Part shown: one piece after another, positions 47,561 to 63,502 of the stretch
Layout: every line of letters begins with the position of its first letter
Position numbering within the stretch: position 1 is the first letter of the stretch
Origin: the human T2T-CHM13v2.0 reference genome, Homo sapiens
Strand: one strand, 5' to 3'
DNA: 64,000 bases
Assembly (NCBI RefSeq): GCF_009914755.1
Contig: NC_060940.1
The notes under the pieces: model-generated
Databases searched by the model: none
Seen by the model: the letters and a program-made list of their open reading frames with translations, nothing else
Told to the model about the DNA's origin: nothing
Translations under genes and position numbers: made by a program

Positions 47561-49756
47561 CTTCTGGTCACCACACCTGGGCAGTCCAGAGTCAGGAGAA
47601 ACCCTAGGCCATGTGGCAGAATGCCCACTGTCCCCACTTCACCACACTCTACTCTCTCCATCCATTGCTAGCTGCAGCCACGCTGTCTCACAGTCCAGAA
47701 TGCTAGCCAGAGACCAAGCTTTCTGCAGTGCCTTGGCTGGGGCTCACAGATAAGGATGGCCAAGCAGTGCTCCCAGAAGCCAGCAGATTACATCAATCAG
47801 TTTTACATCCACCAGGCACTGAGAATCTCTGGACACCAGAAGTGTCCTCTGTTGCCAGAGATGAACTCTCAAGTGAAGACTCCAGAAGGCCCTGAAATGT
47901 GGGCAGGCCCCCATTATTGCCTGTCTGTGGCCACAAGGACACAGACTCTTTCCATGGCTGGTGAGATGTCCAGCACACTGGGGGCTCTGGAAAGCCCCTT
48001 TTCAACTTTAGGCCTTAGCTGAGCTCTCCATTTACCTCAGACAAGGCAGTGCACATTATGGGGGACACCGCTGGGTGCTGGGATGAGAATGGGACTTGGC
48101 ATGTGAGCTAGGATTGAGAGCCCACCCCTCTCTTCCCCAGTGAGGTGGTGGCCAGTTACCATCTCTGGCTTCTGTCCCCTTACCAGCCTCCTCTGCTACG
48201 ATTGCATTTCTGGCAGGCAGTGGATCAGGGAAGCACCGGCAGTTGAGGACCATGTGGAGAACCACTACTGGCCAAGCATTCCCAACCTGAGAGCAGAACA
48301 GGAGTACAGCAGTGCTGAGGTGAACTTGACAGAGAACTTTGAGACCATGAAGGCAGCCAACACTTCCAACTTATCACAACCTGCCTCTGACATAGATTTA
48401 TTGTGGAAGAACTCAACCATCTCCCTGTCACCAAAAAATGGTCCTCACTCTAAACCATCACCCTTGGATTTAGATCATGAGGCTGTCCTGTCTTTAGTAT
48501 GGAACTGAAAAGCTTTAATTTCCACAAAAATGTAAGGTTTTGGGCTACAGCCTTATTAAAACAAACAAATATGAGCATCGTGGTCTACAGATGGAATATC
48601 TGGGGCTCTAAACAAACTGCTACTTGAAAGTATAATCACTGTCTTTTTGTTTGTTTCTTTAGCCTGGTAGGACAATGTCAGAAATTTCCTTGGTCATAAG
48701 GAATATAAAATATAGTTTGAACAAAAGCAGCAATAAAGCTACAAACTATTTTTTGGTGTATTTGCTTAAGTATAAGATAGCTGATTAGGGCTTTATCATG
48801 TAACGTTAGTTTGCTTAGTTTTCATTAAGTTTGTTAAACTTGAATTGTGAATAAATATATGGCAGATTCATATTGTAATTAAACTGCACATTGACATAAA
48901 CTGTACATTAAAAGTTGCTGCACACTGTCATCCAAAATAATACTTAGGTAAAACCAAAAATACTATAAACCAATGTCAAGGAACCTACCCTAAAATAAAA
49001 ACACAGTTAACATGGAATTGCAAAACTAGAATGGGAGAAATATTTACCCATAAAATCTTGTTTGGAACATTGATATAACACTAGAAAATAATTTTGCTAA
49101 ATAACCACAATGTTCAACAGTGACTGTGCACCTGTGAAGACCAAGCATTTTGAATCATTGCCCTGTGGTGTGTGGCAGTACAATTTTACAGAAATGCACT
49201 ACAATAATTAATACATTTCTCTAATGGGAAGATTTTAATGAATAAGTATTTACACTATTAATATTTATAATATTGGTGCTATTATTTCACAAAAAAAGCT
49301 GTATTACAGCCTTTAAAAGCAAATAATAGCCTTACAGTTCTAAATAAAGAAAAAATATAAATTTTATGAAATATGGTTAAGGGTAATTGATAAAATAAAA
49401 ATTGGGGCATAAGTTATATTATAGTTTGGATAGAAGTTGAAGAAAGTGGATGAAAATTTTAATGAACGCTTTTTTCCTGCACTAAACTTAATCTTATAGG
49501 TGAACATTATAATATATAAGGGTACCTTCTAGCTATCTAATTTACCTTTTACACAATGTATAAATCCTAGCCTATTGGTCTTAATATTTGAACCTAAAAT
49601 AACGCACAAACATACAAGAGAACAAAATAAGGAAGAAATGTATGGAGACAGTGATATTATCAAGGTGATGGAATATGGGGTCCCTACTTTTGTATTCCCC
49701 TGCAGTAATAAAAACTAGTCAGCCATCCATCAACCAAAGTAACTTTATGAGAGATC

Positions 49757-49860
49757 CAGGCACAATGGCTCATGACAGTGATCTCCTCCATTCAGGAACC
49801 TGAGGCGGGAGGACTGCTTCAGGCCAGGCGTTCAAGAACAGCCTGGGCAATATAGTGAGC
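49757..49860 (+). mobile_element. Degenerate Alu left-monomer/FLAM fragment
   Basis: ggcacaatggctcat...gaggcgggaggactgcttcaggccaggcgttcaagaacagcctgggcaatatagtgag. Confidence 0.7.
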
Positions 49861-49939
49861 TTTGGGATACAGGGCATTATGAAACCTTGCTAAAACCCAA
49901 GATCAAAAAGAGTCATTTTGAGAAGCCAGGCCCTTTGGT

Positions 49940-50110
49940 TAATAAGGTGTCATATTATCCAAAGCAATTTGTAAGTTAACTCAAATCCCTATCAAAATCC
50001 CTGTCCCACTTTTTATAGTAATAGAAAATGCAAACCTACAATGTAGGCTGAATGGCCAAGCCAATAATGAGGAATAAGAAAAAAGCTGGGGACATCATAC
50101 TCGTGACTCA
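49940..50110 (+). mobile_element. Old L1 ORF2 fragment
   Basis: tcatattatccaaagcaattt...ccctatcaaaatccc...aaagctggggacatcatac corresponds to the ILPKAIYRFNAIPIKIP...KAGGITL region. Confidence 0.6.
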
Positions 50111-50481
50111 CACAAAACAGCTCAAAAGTCACTGTTTGTAGACAACCTGGGGAACACCTGCTAGGTACTCAGTGGGAGCCACACTCACCTACACATCTGC
50201 TATTAGGCCCAGCATATAGCAGAACCTGCCCTATTGCCTGCTCCACAAAACAAAGCCCTGAAGACAATCCAGCCTGCCACAAAACATGACAGAACTCACA
50301 ACCACATGTGCTCCTGGTAACAAGCCCACTAAAGGTAAAACCCACTTCAGATTCAGCAGCCACCTTGTGATGCAGCTACAAGCCTTTTTACTGCAAACCC
50401 AGTAAAGATCTCATCAGCCTTGAGACCCAACAGATGAAGATCTTTACCTATTAAAACCAGTTTATAAAAATGAAAAGAGCT

Positions 50482-50783
50482 GGCTGGGCACGGTGGCTCA
50501 CACCTGTAACCCCAGCACTTTGGGAGGACGAGGTGGGTGGATGACGAGTTCAGGAGTTCAAGACCAGCCTGGCCAATATGGTGAAACACTGTCTCTACTA
50601 AAAATTCAAAAATTAGCCGGGCATTGTGGTTGGCACCTGTAATCCCAACTACTCGGGATGCTGAGGCAGAGAATTGCTTGAACCCAGGAGGTGGAGGTTG
50701 CAGTGAGCCAAGTTTGTGCCACAGCACTCCAGCCTGGGTGACAGAGCGAGTCTCCGTCTCAAAAACAAAACAACAACAACAAC
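50482..50783 (+). mobile_element. Full-length AluS (AluSg-like) with TSD
   Basis: Dimeric Alu with an (AAC)n tail; TSD aaatgaaaagag at 50468-50479 and 50784-50795. Confidence 0.92.
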
Positions 50784-50829
50784 AAATGAAAAGAGGTGTT
50801 TGCTCCTTCAAATGCGCAAACACCAATGC

Positions 50830-52080
50830 AAGTCTATATTATGCCCATTCTAACGGTTCTATTTTAACGTAGAACAGGAAGTCCTACGTAGAATAATTAA
50901 GTCCTACGTCAAATAATTAAGCAAGAAAAGCTAAAAGATCCAAATTGAAAAGAAGAAATAACGTCACTGTTTGTAGATGACATAATGTTATATATAAAAA
51001 ATATAAATAGTACATTTAAATACTGCATTTAATGCATCTATATATAAATAGTGCATCTAATAAATGCACTCAGTAAAGAAGCAGAATATACAATTAACAT
51101 ACAAATATCAGTTTTGTTTCTATATGCTAGCAACAAACTAGTAAAAAAGAAAAAAAATCTCATTTACAATAGCAACAAAATAATAGATTTCTTAGCAATA
51201 AATTTAACAAACGTGGTGAAAGAGCTTTACAATAAAAAATAAAATATATTGATAAAAATATTAAAGAAGATACAAATAAATGTAAATATATTACATGTTT
51301 ATGGATTAGAAGAATATTGTCTAAGCGCCATGTTATCCAAAGTAATCTGTAGATTAATTCAACTTCCTATCAAAATTCCTGTGCCACTTTTTACAGTAAT
51401 AGAAAATAAAGTCTGCAATGTATATAAAACTATAAGAAATATTGAAAGGCCAAAGAAATCAAGAGGAATAAAAAGAAATCTGGGGACATTATACTTTATT
51501 ATTTAAAACTACATTTCAAGACTACAGTAAACATAATAGAATGGATTGTTTATAGGAACAAACACAAAAACCAATGGAACAGAATACAGAGCCCAGAAGT
51601 ATATCTATGCATCTAAAGTTAATCTTTGACAAGGGCACTATGAATACGCAATACAAAAAGTGTAGCCTTTTCAATACTTAGGGCTGGGAAAACTGGGTAC
51701 TCGCAAGCACAATAAATAAAACTTGATCATATTTCTTACGCCAGACATAAAAATTGACTTAAAATAAAGACTTAAATTTAATACATAAATCCTTAAAAGA
51801 AAATCTTTTAAAAAGCATATGAAAAGCCTCCATGATACTGGCCTTGGCAATTTTTTTAAAATACGATATCAAAAGTATAGTAATAAAACCAGAAATAAAG
51901 TTGTAGTGTATTAAACTATTGTGCACAGCAAAAAATAAGAAAACATTTAAGATGGGATAAAATATTTGCAAACTATATATGATAAGACATTAGTATTCAA
52001 AATATAGCAGAAACTCATACAAATCAGAAGCTAAACAATGCTAATTATAATACCCAACTAAAAAATATGCAAAAGACTAA
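50830..52080 (+). mobile_element. Old L1MA-type ORF2 remnant, 5' part (interrupted by the L1PA4-like element)
   Basis: Degenerate ORF2: INALSKEAEYTINIQISVLFLYASN, MLSKVICRLIQLPIKIP, ccaatggaacagaatacagagcccagaa. Confidence 0.75.
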
Positions 52081-52302
52081 ACATTATTTTTTAACATTAT
52101 TATACTTTAACTTTTAGGGTACAAGTGCACAACATGCAGGTTTGTTACATATGTATACATGTGCCATGTTGCTTTGCTGCACCCATTAACTCATCATTTA
52201 GCATTAGGTATATCTCCTAATGCTATCTTTCCCCCCTCCCACACCCCACAACAGGCCCCGGTGTGTGATGTTCCCTTTCCTGTGTCCATGTGTTCTCATT
52301 TT

Positions 52303-55940
<3,638 letters not shown>

Positions 55941-56003
55941 TATGATGTTTGCTGGTTATTTTGCTCATTAGTTGATGCAGTTTCTTCCTAGCCTCGATGG
56001 TAT

Positions 56004-57019
56004 TTACAATTTGGCATGTTTTTGCAGTGGCTGGTACCGGTTGTTCCTTTCCACGTTTAGTGCTTCCTTCAGGAGCTCTTTTAGGACAGGTCTGGTGGTG
56101 AAAAAATCTCTCAGCATTTGCTTATCTGTAAAGGATTTTATTTCTCCTTCACTTATGAAGCTTAGTTTGGCTGGATATGAAATTCTGTGTTGAAAAATCT
56201 TTTCTTTAAGAATGTTGAATATTGGCCCCCACTCTCCTCTGGCTTGTAGAGTTTCTGCCGAGAGATCTGCTGTTAGTCTGATGGGCTTCCCTTTGTGGGT
56301 AACCCGACCTTTCTCTCTGGCTGCCCTTAACTTCTTTTCCTTCATTTCCACTCTGGTGAATCTGACAATTATGTGTCTTGGAGTTGCTCTTCTCGAGGAC
56401 TGTCTTTGTGGCATTCTTTGTATTTCCTGAATTTGAATGTTGGCCTGCCTTGCCAGATTGGAGAAATTCTCCTGGATAATATCCTGATTGTTTTCCAACT
56501 TGGTTCCATTCTCCCCGTCACTTTCACATACATCAATGAGACATAGATTTGGTCTTTTCACACAGTCCCATATTTCTTGGAGGCTTTGTTCATTTCTTTT
56601 TATTATTTTTTCTCTAAACTTCTCTTCATGCTTCATTTCATTCATTTCATCTTCCATCGCTGATACCGTTTCTTCCAGTTGATTGCATCAGTTACTGAGG
56701 CTTGTGCATTTGTCACGTAGTTCTTGTGTCATGGTTTTCAGCTCCATCAGGTCCTTTAAGGACTTCTCTGCATTGGTTATTCTAGTTATACATTCGTGTA
56801 CTTTTTTTTTTCAAAGTTTTTAACTTCTTTGCCATTGGTTTGAACTTCCTCCTTTAGCTCAGAGTAGTTTGATCTCCTGAAGCCTTCGTCTCTCAACTCA
56901 TCAAAGTCATTCTCTGTCCAGCTTTGTTCTGTTGCTGGTGCAGAGCTGTGTTCCTTTGGAGGAGGAGAGGTGCTATGATTTTTAGAGTTTCCAGTTTTTC
57001 TGCTCTGTTTTTTCCCCAT
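56004..57019 (-). pseudogene. L1 ORF1p, frameshifted
   Basis: MGKKQSRKTGNSKN... (57019) broken at an A-run near 56805; resumes MEDEMNEMK...YQPLQKHAKL. Confidence 0.9.
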
Positions 57020-58044
57020 CTTTGTGGTTTTATCTATCTTTGGTCTTTGATGATGGTGACGTACAGATGGGTTTTTGGTGTGGATGTCCTTTCTGTTTGT
57101 TAGTTTTCCTTCTAACAGACAGGACCCTCAGCTGCAGGTCTGCTGGAGTTTACTGGAGGTCCACTCCAGACCGTTTGCCTGGGTATCAGCAGTGGAGGCT
57201 GCAGAACAGCGGATATTGGTGAACTGCAAATGCTGCTGTCTGATGGTTCCTCTGGAATTTTTGCCTCAGAGGAGTACCCGGTCCTGTGCAGGGTCAGTCC
57301 ACCCCTACTGGAGGGTGCCTCCTTGTTAGGCTACTCAGGGGTCAGGGACCCACTTGAGGAGGCAGTCTGCCCATTCTCAGATCTCAACCTGTGTGCTGGG
57401 AGAACTACTACTCTCTTCAAAGCTGTGGGACAAGGAAAATTATGTCTGCAGAAGTTTTTGCTGTCTTTTATTTGTCTGTGCCCTGCCCCCAGAGGTGGAG
57501 CCTACAGAGGCAGGCAGGCCTCCTTGAGCTGCGGTGGGCTCCACCTAGTTCGAGTTTCCCAGCTGCTTTGTTTACCTACTCAAGCCTGAGAAATAGTGGG
57601 CAACCCTCCCCCAGGCTCACTGCCACCTTGGAGTTCAATCTCAGACTTCTGTGCTAGCAATGAGTGAGGCTTCGTGGGCATAGGACCCTCCGAGCGAGGT
57701 GCAGGATATAATCTCTTGGTGTGCTGTTTGGAAGCCGGTTGTAAAAGCACAGTATTAAGGTGGGAGTGACCCGATTTTCCAGTTGCCATCTGTCACCCCT
57801 TTCTTTGAGGAGGAAAGGGAATTCCCTGACCCCTTGTGCTTCCCAGGTGAGGTGATGCTTTGCCCTTCTTTGGCTCATGCGTGGTGGGCTGTACCCACTA
57901 TCCTGCACCCACTGACCAGCACTCCCCAGTGAGGTGAGCCTGGTACCTTAGTTGGAAGTGCAGAAATCACCCATCTTGTGCGTCACTCAAGCTGTGAGCT
58001 GTAGACCAGAACTGTTCCTATTTGGCCATCTTGGCTCCACCAAC

Positions 58045-58950
58045 CAATACTAAATATTTTTTACAAACATATTCAAATGGCCAACAGGTGTGTAGAAAGA
58101 CGCTAAACATTACCATCCATGAAAAAATTGCAAATAAAAAGATACAACTTTAGAGCAGTTGGAATGGCTATCAAAAAAATAAATATGACAAGTGTTAACA
58201 AGGATGTGACAAAATATTTCTGTACAGTCTTAATGAGGTGCAAACTGGAAGAGTCATTATGAAAATTAGTTTGCAGGTCATTTTAAAAAATAGAACTATT
58301 GTACAATCCCGAAATTCCACTTCTGTCTATAAACAAATTAAAATCAGCATCTCAAAAATAATCTTCACCCCTATATTCAATGCAGCGTTATTCACAACTG
58401 TCAAGGGTATTTTTTTTAAATGACTTATCTGTAGATGCTGAATGGATAAGGAAAATATGGTATAAATAGACAACCGAATATTATTCACCCATAAAAAAGA
58501 ATGAAATTCTGCTATTTCAAGGCCATGAATGGACCTGGGTACATTATGCTACGCAAAATAAGCCAGGCACAGAAAGGCAAACACTGTATGTTCTCACTTA
58601 AGTGGACAATTTAAAAAGCCTGAACTCATAGAAGCAGAGAGTACAATGGTAATGACCAGGCCTGGAGGTAGAAAAAATGATAAGGTGTTCAAAGAGTTCA
58701 AACTTCCAGTTATAAGATAAATAAGTTTTGGGGGTCTAATGTATAGCTTTAAGATGTAGTTAATAACAGTGTTTTCTATGCTTAAAATTTGCTGCAACAG
58801 TAGGATACCTCAAATTCTCTCACTACAAAAAACATAACCATGTGAGGTGACATAAATGTTCATCACCTTAATTGTATTAAACATCTTACAATATATATAC
58901 ATATCAAATTTTTATAATGTACACTATACATAATTATGCAATTTTTATTG
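58045..58950 (+). mobile_element. L1MA8/9-like 3' end (continuation of 50830-52080)
   Basis: catattcaaatggccaacagg (DIQMANR); 3'UTR caaacttccagttataagataaataagtttt...tctaatgtatagc...aaaatttgctg. Confidence 0.75.
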
Positions 58951-60231
58951 GTCAGAAAATTAATGTTATGTACACATGCATATATTCACATAAGTGTGTA
59001 TATACACATATATAAAGCTTATACATATATATCAATTACATATGTTGTTATGTATATACTTGTGTGTGTGTATATATATATGCATACATATCAATGAAAA
59101 AATCCTAGTAAGCTTCAAACTAAACAAGAGAAAATTATAAAATGATAACTAGTTAAAAAACAGGAAACAAATGGGTATTTAATACATGCTCAGCAATATT
59201 CTGACTTCCTCAATGGCAAAGTACATGTTTTAAATGAAGAAAGTAGATACTTTAAACCATATTACAGTTTAGGAATTATGGCACAGAGTGTTTACAATAT
59301 TAGCCTCAATACATACCAAAAACTTAAAATTTTGAAGTAAAATAACATTAGGTTTTACTATATGGGGCAGATGCTTAGTGTTCTGATAAAATTATTGAGT
59401 ATGAATTTCTGTAGAATCACATTTGAAACCTTCACAGGATATGAAATTATAAAGCAGAAAACATAAGACATCTGGATGTGGTGTTTCTGGGATTTCTAAA
59501 CCAAATCCCAATATCTCCACTACTCTCACACATTTTAGACAAGACTCAAAATGGAAATTAGAAAATGTTTAACATAGAGTTCCTTAAAAATCACAGACGG
59601 CCCCATGTCCTCAAAAGGAATGAAAGAGCAAGCAGCCAGGTCCTCCAGTCCCTTGTAAGCCATGCAAAGGGCTTTGATCTTCTTTGTAACCTAGAAGAAT
59701 GATCATTGAAGGGGAAGTCCAGTCCTAGAAAATTGAAAAGCATGGGGCAGAGGATGTCAGTCTCTAATGAAAGCAAGAGAAAGAAATCAGGGCTTTGCAG
59801 AAAAGGTTGCCATTGGAGTTTAGCTTCGCAAACCACACTTTAAGATCTGGCTTTCTCCTTGACCTTTGGACATCTCGTCTGTGTCATCTGCCTTATTCAC
59901 TCCCACCTATTTGGATGTTTGGCTACTATCTCCTGTCTCCTCACACTCTGGGTTTTTTTTTTTTTTTTCTCAATGTAGGTGATCAGGTTTAGCTTAGAGA
60001 GCAGCTGAGGACTCTGTATTAGAAAAAGTAATATGACTTATGCTGTGATTTTCCAATTACTACTTAGTACTGTGTTCAGTGGAAAAAAACAGAACATTAT
60101 AAAAGAGTCTAAAAATGTAATACCAAATACTATTTCCTCACAGAAACGTTATGATATTTAAAAACTTTTCTAAATTTGTGGGTCCTTAGCTCCATGACCC
60201 AGTGTTGGTGAAACAAAACTTGGTGGTGGTT

Positions 60232-60341
60232 GGCTGGGCATGGTGACTCACACCGCTGATCCCAGCACTTTGAGAGGCCAAGGCAGGCAAATCACTTAAG
60301 CCCAGGAGTTTGAGGTCAGCCTGGGCAACATGGCGAGACCT
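60232..60341 (+). mobile_element. FLAM/AluJ left monomer
   Basis: ggctgggcatggtgactcac...cccagcactttgagaggccaaggcaggc...agcccaggagtttgaggtcagcctgggcaacatggcgagacc. Confidence 0.8.
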
Positions 60342-60559
60342 AGTGTACAGGTTGAGGGTGGGGAGGAGGGGAAAGGTGGTGGTAATGGGAGGGGGTAATG
60401 CGATTATAAGCTATGGGCAACCATATTTTGTGCCTCTAAATTTGTGGAGTTACCACTAATCTAAAATTAAGGATACAGATCAGCTGAGGAAAGAAAAAGA
60501 TTTATGTCGAGATGAAACTTCCTCGTGGGGATCCACAACTGCAATACTGCCAGGCCACA

Positions 60560-60700
60560 GCATCCCACCTCTTTCGCCTGGCTGCAGCCCCACCAGGAGC
60601 CCGGCTCCAGCCGGGGCGCTGCGGCACGTACTAGACCCGGAAGGCGCAGGCGCGGGTTTCCTGCCCTTCAGGGTGTCTTCCCACTCCCCGGACCACAGGC
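60560..60700. promoter_or_regulatory. CpG-rich promoter-like patch with adjacent ETS-like and NRF1-like motifs
   Basis: ccggaag at 60637-60643 abutting gcgcaggcgc at 60644-60653; motif match only. Confidence 0.3.
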
Positions 60701-61385
60701 ATTTCAATTCATTCATCAATTGCCGCCGCAACCATCCAAGTTGGAGCAGCAGGTCCCACAGTTGCCAGCCAAGACCTCCGCTCCAGAAACCATGGGATGC
60801 TTTCCCCGGGGGAAGGATATTGTCTTCGCCAGCCACGAAGAAATCCGTCCCTGTGCACCTTGTTTCCCATTGCCACCGACTTCGTGTAAACTGTAGTCCC
60901 GAGGACACGAGAGATACACAGACCTGGCCCCGTGGACACGCTCTGTGCCACGGCTTCCACCAGACGGATGGGTGCACTCTACAAATCTCGGGGCCCACAG
61001 CACCAAGGAGACAGAAAAAAGCAAACAAAGGAAGGACCCTATGAAACGCACCCCCAAAGCAACCAACCAATCCAAGAAAAAAAAAAAACACGTCTCAGGG
61101 CTCCGCTGGCTTTCCCGCGTGGGCGGCCCTGACCCCCTGTTCTAGCCTGGCCTAAGCACCCTCCACCTCACCCCAGCCTGCTCAAAGTGCTCTGTCTACC
61201 TGAGCAGAGCCTCCCTCTCCAAGGTTCTGTCTCTCTTGCTCTGCAACTCCCTCACCCTCTCCCTTTCTCTACTTCACCCTCCACCTCTCACTCTTCTGTT
61301 ACCTTCTGTCTCTCTCCCCCTGCAACTTTCTCTCTCTCCCCCCATTTCTATCTCTCCATCCCGGTCTCCCTAGCTCTCTTTCAAG

Positions 61386-61612
61386 CTGTGTCTGTGTCTT
61401 TGTCTGTATGTCCTTGTGTGTGTTTCAGTGTGTGTCCGTGTGCGTGTGTCCATGTGTCTGTGTGTGAGTCTTTGTGTGTCCATGTGTGTGTGTCTGTGTG
61501 TTGTGTGTGTCCCTGTGTGTGCGTGTGTGCCTGTGCGCGTGCACCCGTGTGTATCTGTGTGTGTGTCTGTGTGGGTTTGCTCGTGGTGGTGGTGTGGTGT
61601 GTCTGGGTGTCT
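61386..61612. repeat. Degenerate (TG)n tract
   Basis: tgtgtctgtgtgtgtccgtgtgcgtgtg... low complexity. Confidence 0.85.
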
Positions 61613-62639
61613 GTCAGCCCCTCTTTCCCGGGATCAGGCTGCTGGGGCTCTAGTGCCAGCGCGGGGCAAAGTAGGGCCTTCCTGTCCTGTTGGCCACTGG
61701 CGGGTCTTCGTTGGAAGAAGCGACGATGGTGTGGGCGTTGTGAGAAAAAGGCCCCGTGGGGCTGGGCCGGCTGTTCGCCCCTGGGCAGCCCTGGCGGCTG
61801 TTCTCTGTGTGTGGGGCAAGAGGGGGCCTTGCAAGAAGGGCGGCGAGGGATCCAAAACAATTTTTCCGTGGCAAGGCGGAGGACCAGAGGTGATCCCAGG
61901 ACTGTGGGCCCCGGGCCCTGACGCCTCGGAGCACACCCTGTCCTGAGCCAGCCCGATATATTGGAAGCTCGGGAGCTCGCGAGCTGGGGGAAGGCCTGGA
62001 ATGTGAGTGAAAGAGAGGCCGCCTGATGGGCCTTGAGCCTGGGCAGGGGACTGAGGCATTACGGCCTGACGACGGATTCCTGTTTCCTGCAACATGGGGA
62101 GTCTCCAAAATGGCCTGTTTGGAAACGAAAGGAGAGCGAAGACACGATGCTGCTTTTCCAAGCTTCACTGGAGGTTTCTGTGTCCCCACAGAGCTCGGGA
62201 AACAAACAGTCAACATGGTAACGCTTTCGGGGTCCAGAGACACGTGAGCAACAGGCCCCCTTGCAGAAGGCAAAGGAACGTGGAATCCGGAATCATGGTT
62301 CACTCGGCTTGAGTGTGACTCCTGTGTGGATGGGAGTATCTGCCTCGCGCTCTGTTGTAGGCTCAGCGTGGGGAGGCTCACATGTCATCTGTGAACCATG
62401 TGGATGAAAAACGGACAACAATTCGAGTCTCGGCTCTGCTCTTTGGGGAATTCGCTCATTCCTTGGGAGGCGGAATTCGTCTGAATCGCTCCCGGGTGAA
62501 GTAACCCAGGCTGGAGATCCCGAGGGCGGGTGAGCACACCGCCGGCCGATGCGGCCGTGGGCCGAGCACACAGACTGCACTGGGCACCCAAGATTTTCCC
62601 GGAGTTCGAGGTCCTGCTGGTCCTGGTGGCAGAAGACCG

Positions 62640-62960
62640 CTTTTCTCTTTTTGCCTTCCTTTCTCTGTTTCTTGCTCCTTTTCTCCCTCTGTCCATCCTT
62701 CCCTCTGTTCTTCCTTCTCTCCCTCTCTCCCTCCCTCCCTCTCTCCCTCCTTTCCTCTGTTCTTCTGTCCTTCCCTCTCTCCCTCCATCCATACCTCCCT
62801 TTCTCCCTCCTTCCCTCCCTCCCTTCCTCTCTTTTTCTTTCCCTCTCTCCCTCCCTCCATCTCTTCCAAGGTCTCTCCTTTCATCCGTCCTTTCCTCCCT
62901 CTGTCCCAACCTCTCACTTTTTCTCCGTTCCTTTCCCCATCTCTGCCTGGCTTTCCTCCC
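62640..62960. repeat. Polypyrimidine/polypurine (CCCT)n-like tract within the D4Z4-like unit
   Basis: ccctctctccctccctccctctctccctcc... Confidence 0.85.
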
Positions 62961-63502
62961 GCCTAGAAAGGGCAGAACCATGGTTTGCGCAAGATCTCGG
63001 GGTCTACATTTAGTTGCCGGGCGCTCCAAGTGATGTGGCGGGGCACGGGTGGGCGAGGGAGGGTGGAGAGGGGAGGTAGTGAAGTTGAGCTGCGGAAAGG
63101 AGAGCAGGCCTGGCCATTGCCCGGGCCTGTGTTTCCCGGGGTGGAGGTCTCCCCCTACACCACTGAAGAACGCGGGGGCGGGGGGGAGGTGTACGGTGTG
63201 GGGGGGCGGGGGAAGGGATGAGAGCCCTGCCCGGGCTGGTCCCAAACACTAGCCGGCTGCCCGCACACCCGCGCATGCTCAGTAGGCAGTCCATCTCTGA
63301 GTACCTGGGCAGGCTCGGAAATCCTTGGGATGCTGAGGAAAGAATGACAGCCCTCCTTTCTGTGGAGTCTCTCGCTGGACCTGGACTCAGTGATCCTAGA
63401 CAGGTCAGCTGGAAGGGAAGACATAGGTCTCCATACCGAGCCAGAGGTTCACCGCGAAAGAGGGGCCACCGCCCTGCCCCCACCCAGTCCCAACCCCGCG
63501 TC

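Noticed and set aside
60500-60560. Possible snRNA-like fragment (cctggcagtattgcagt on the minus strand)
   Set aside because: Only a short match to U1/U2 words with no extended similarity
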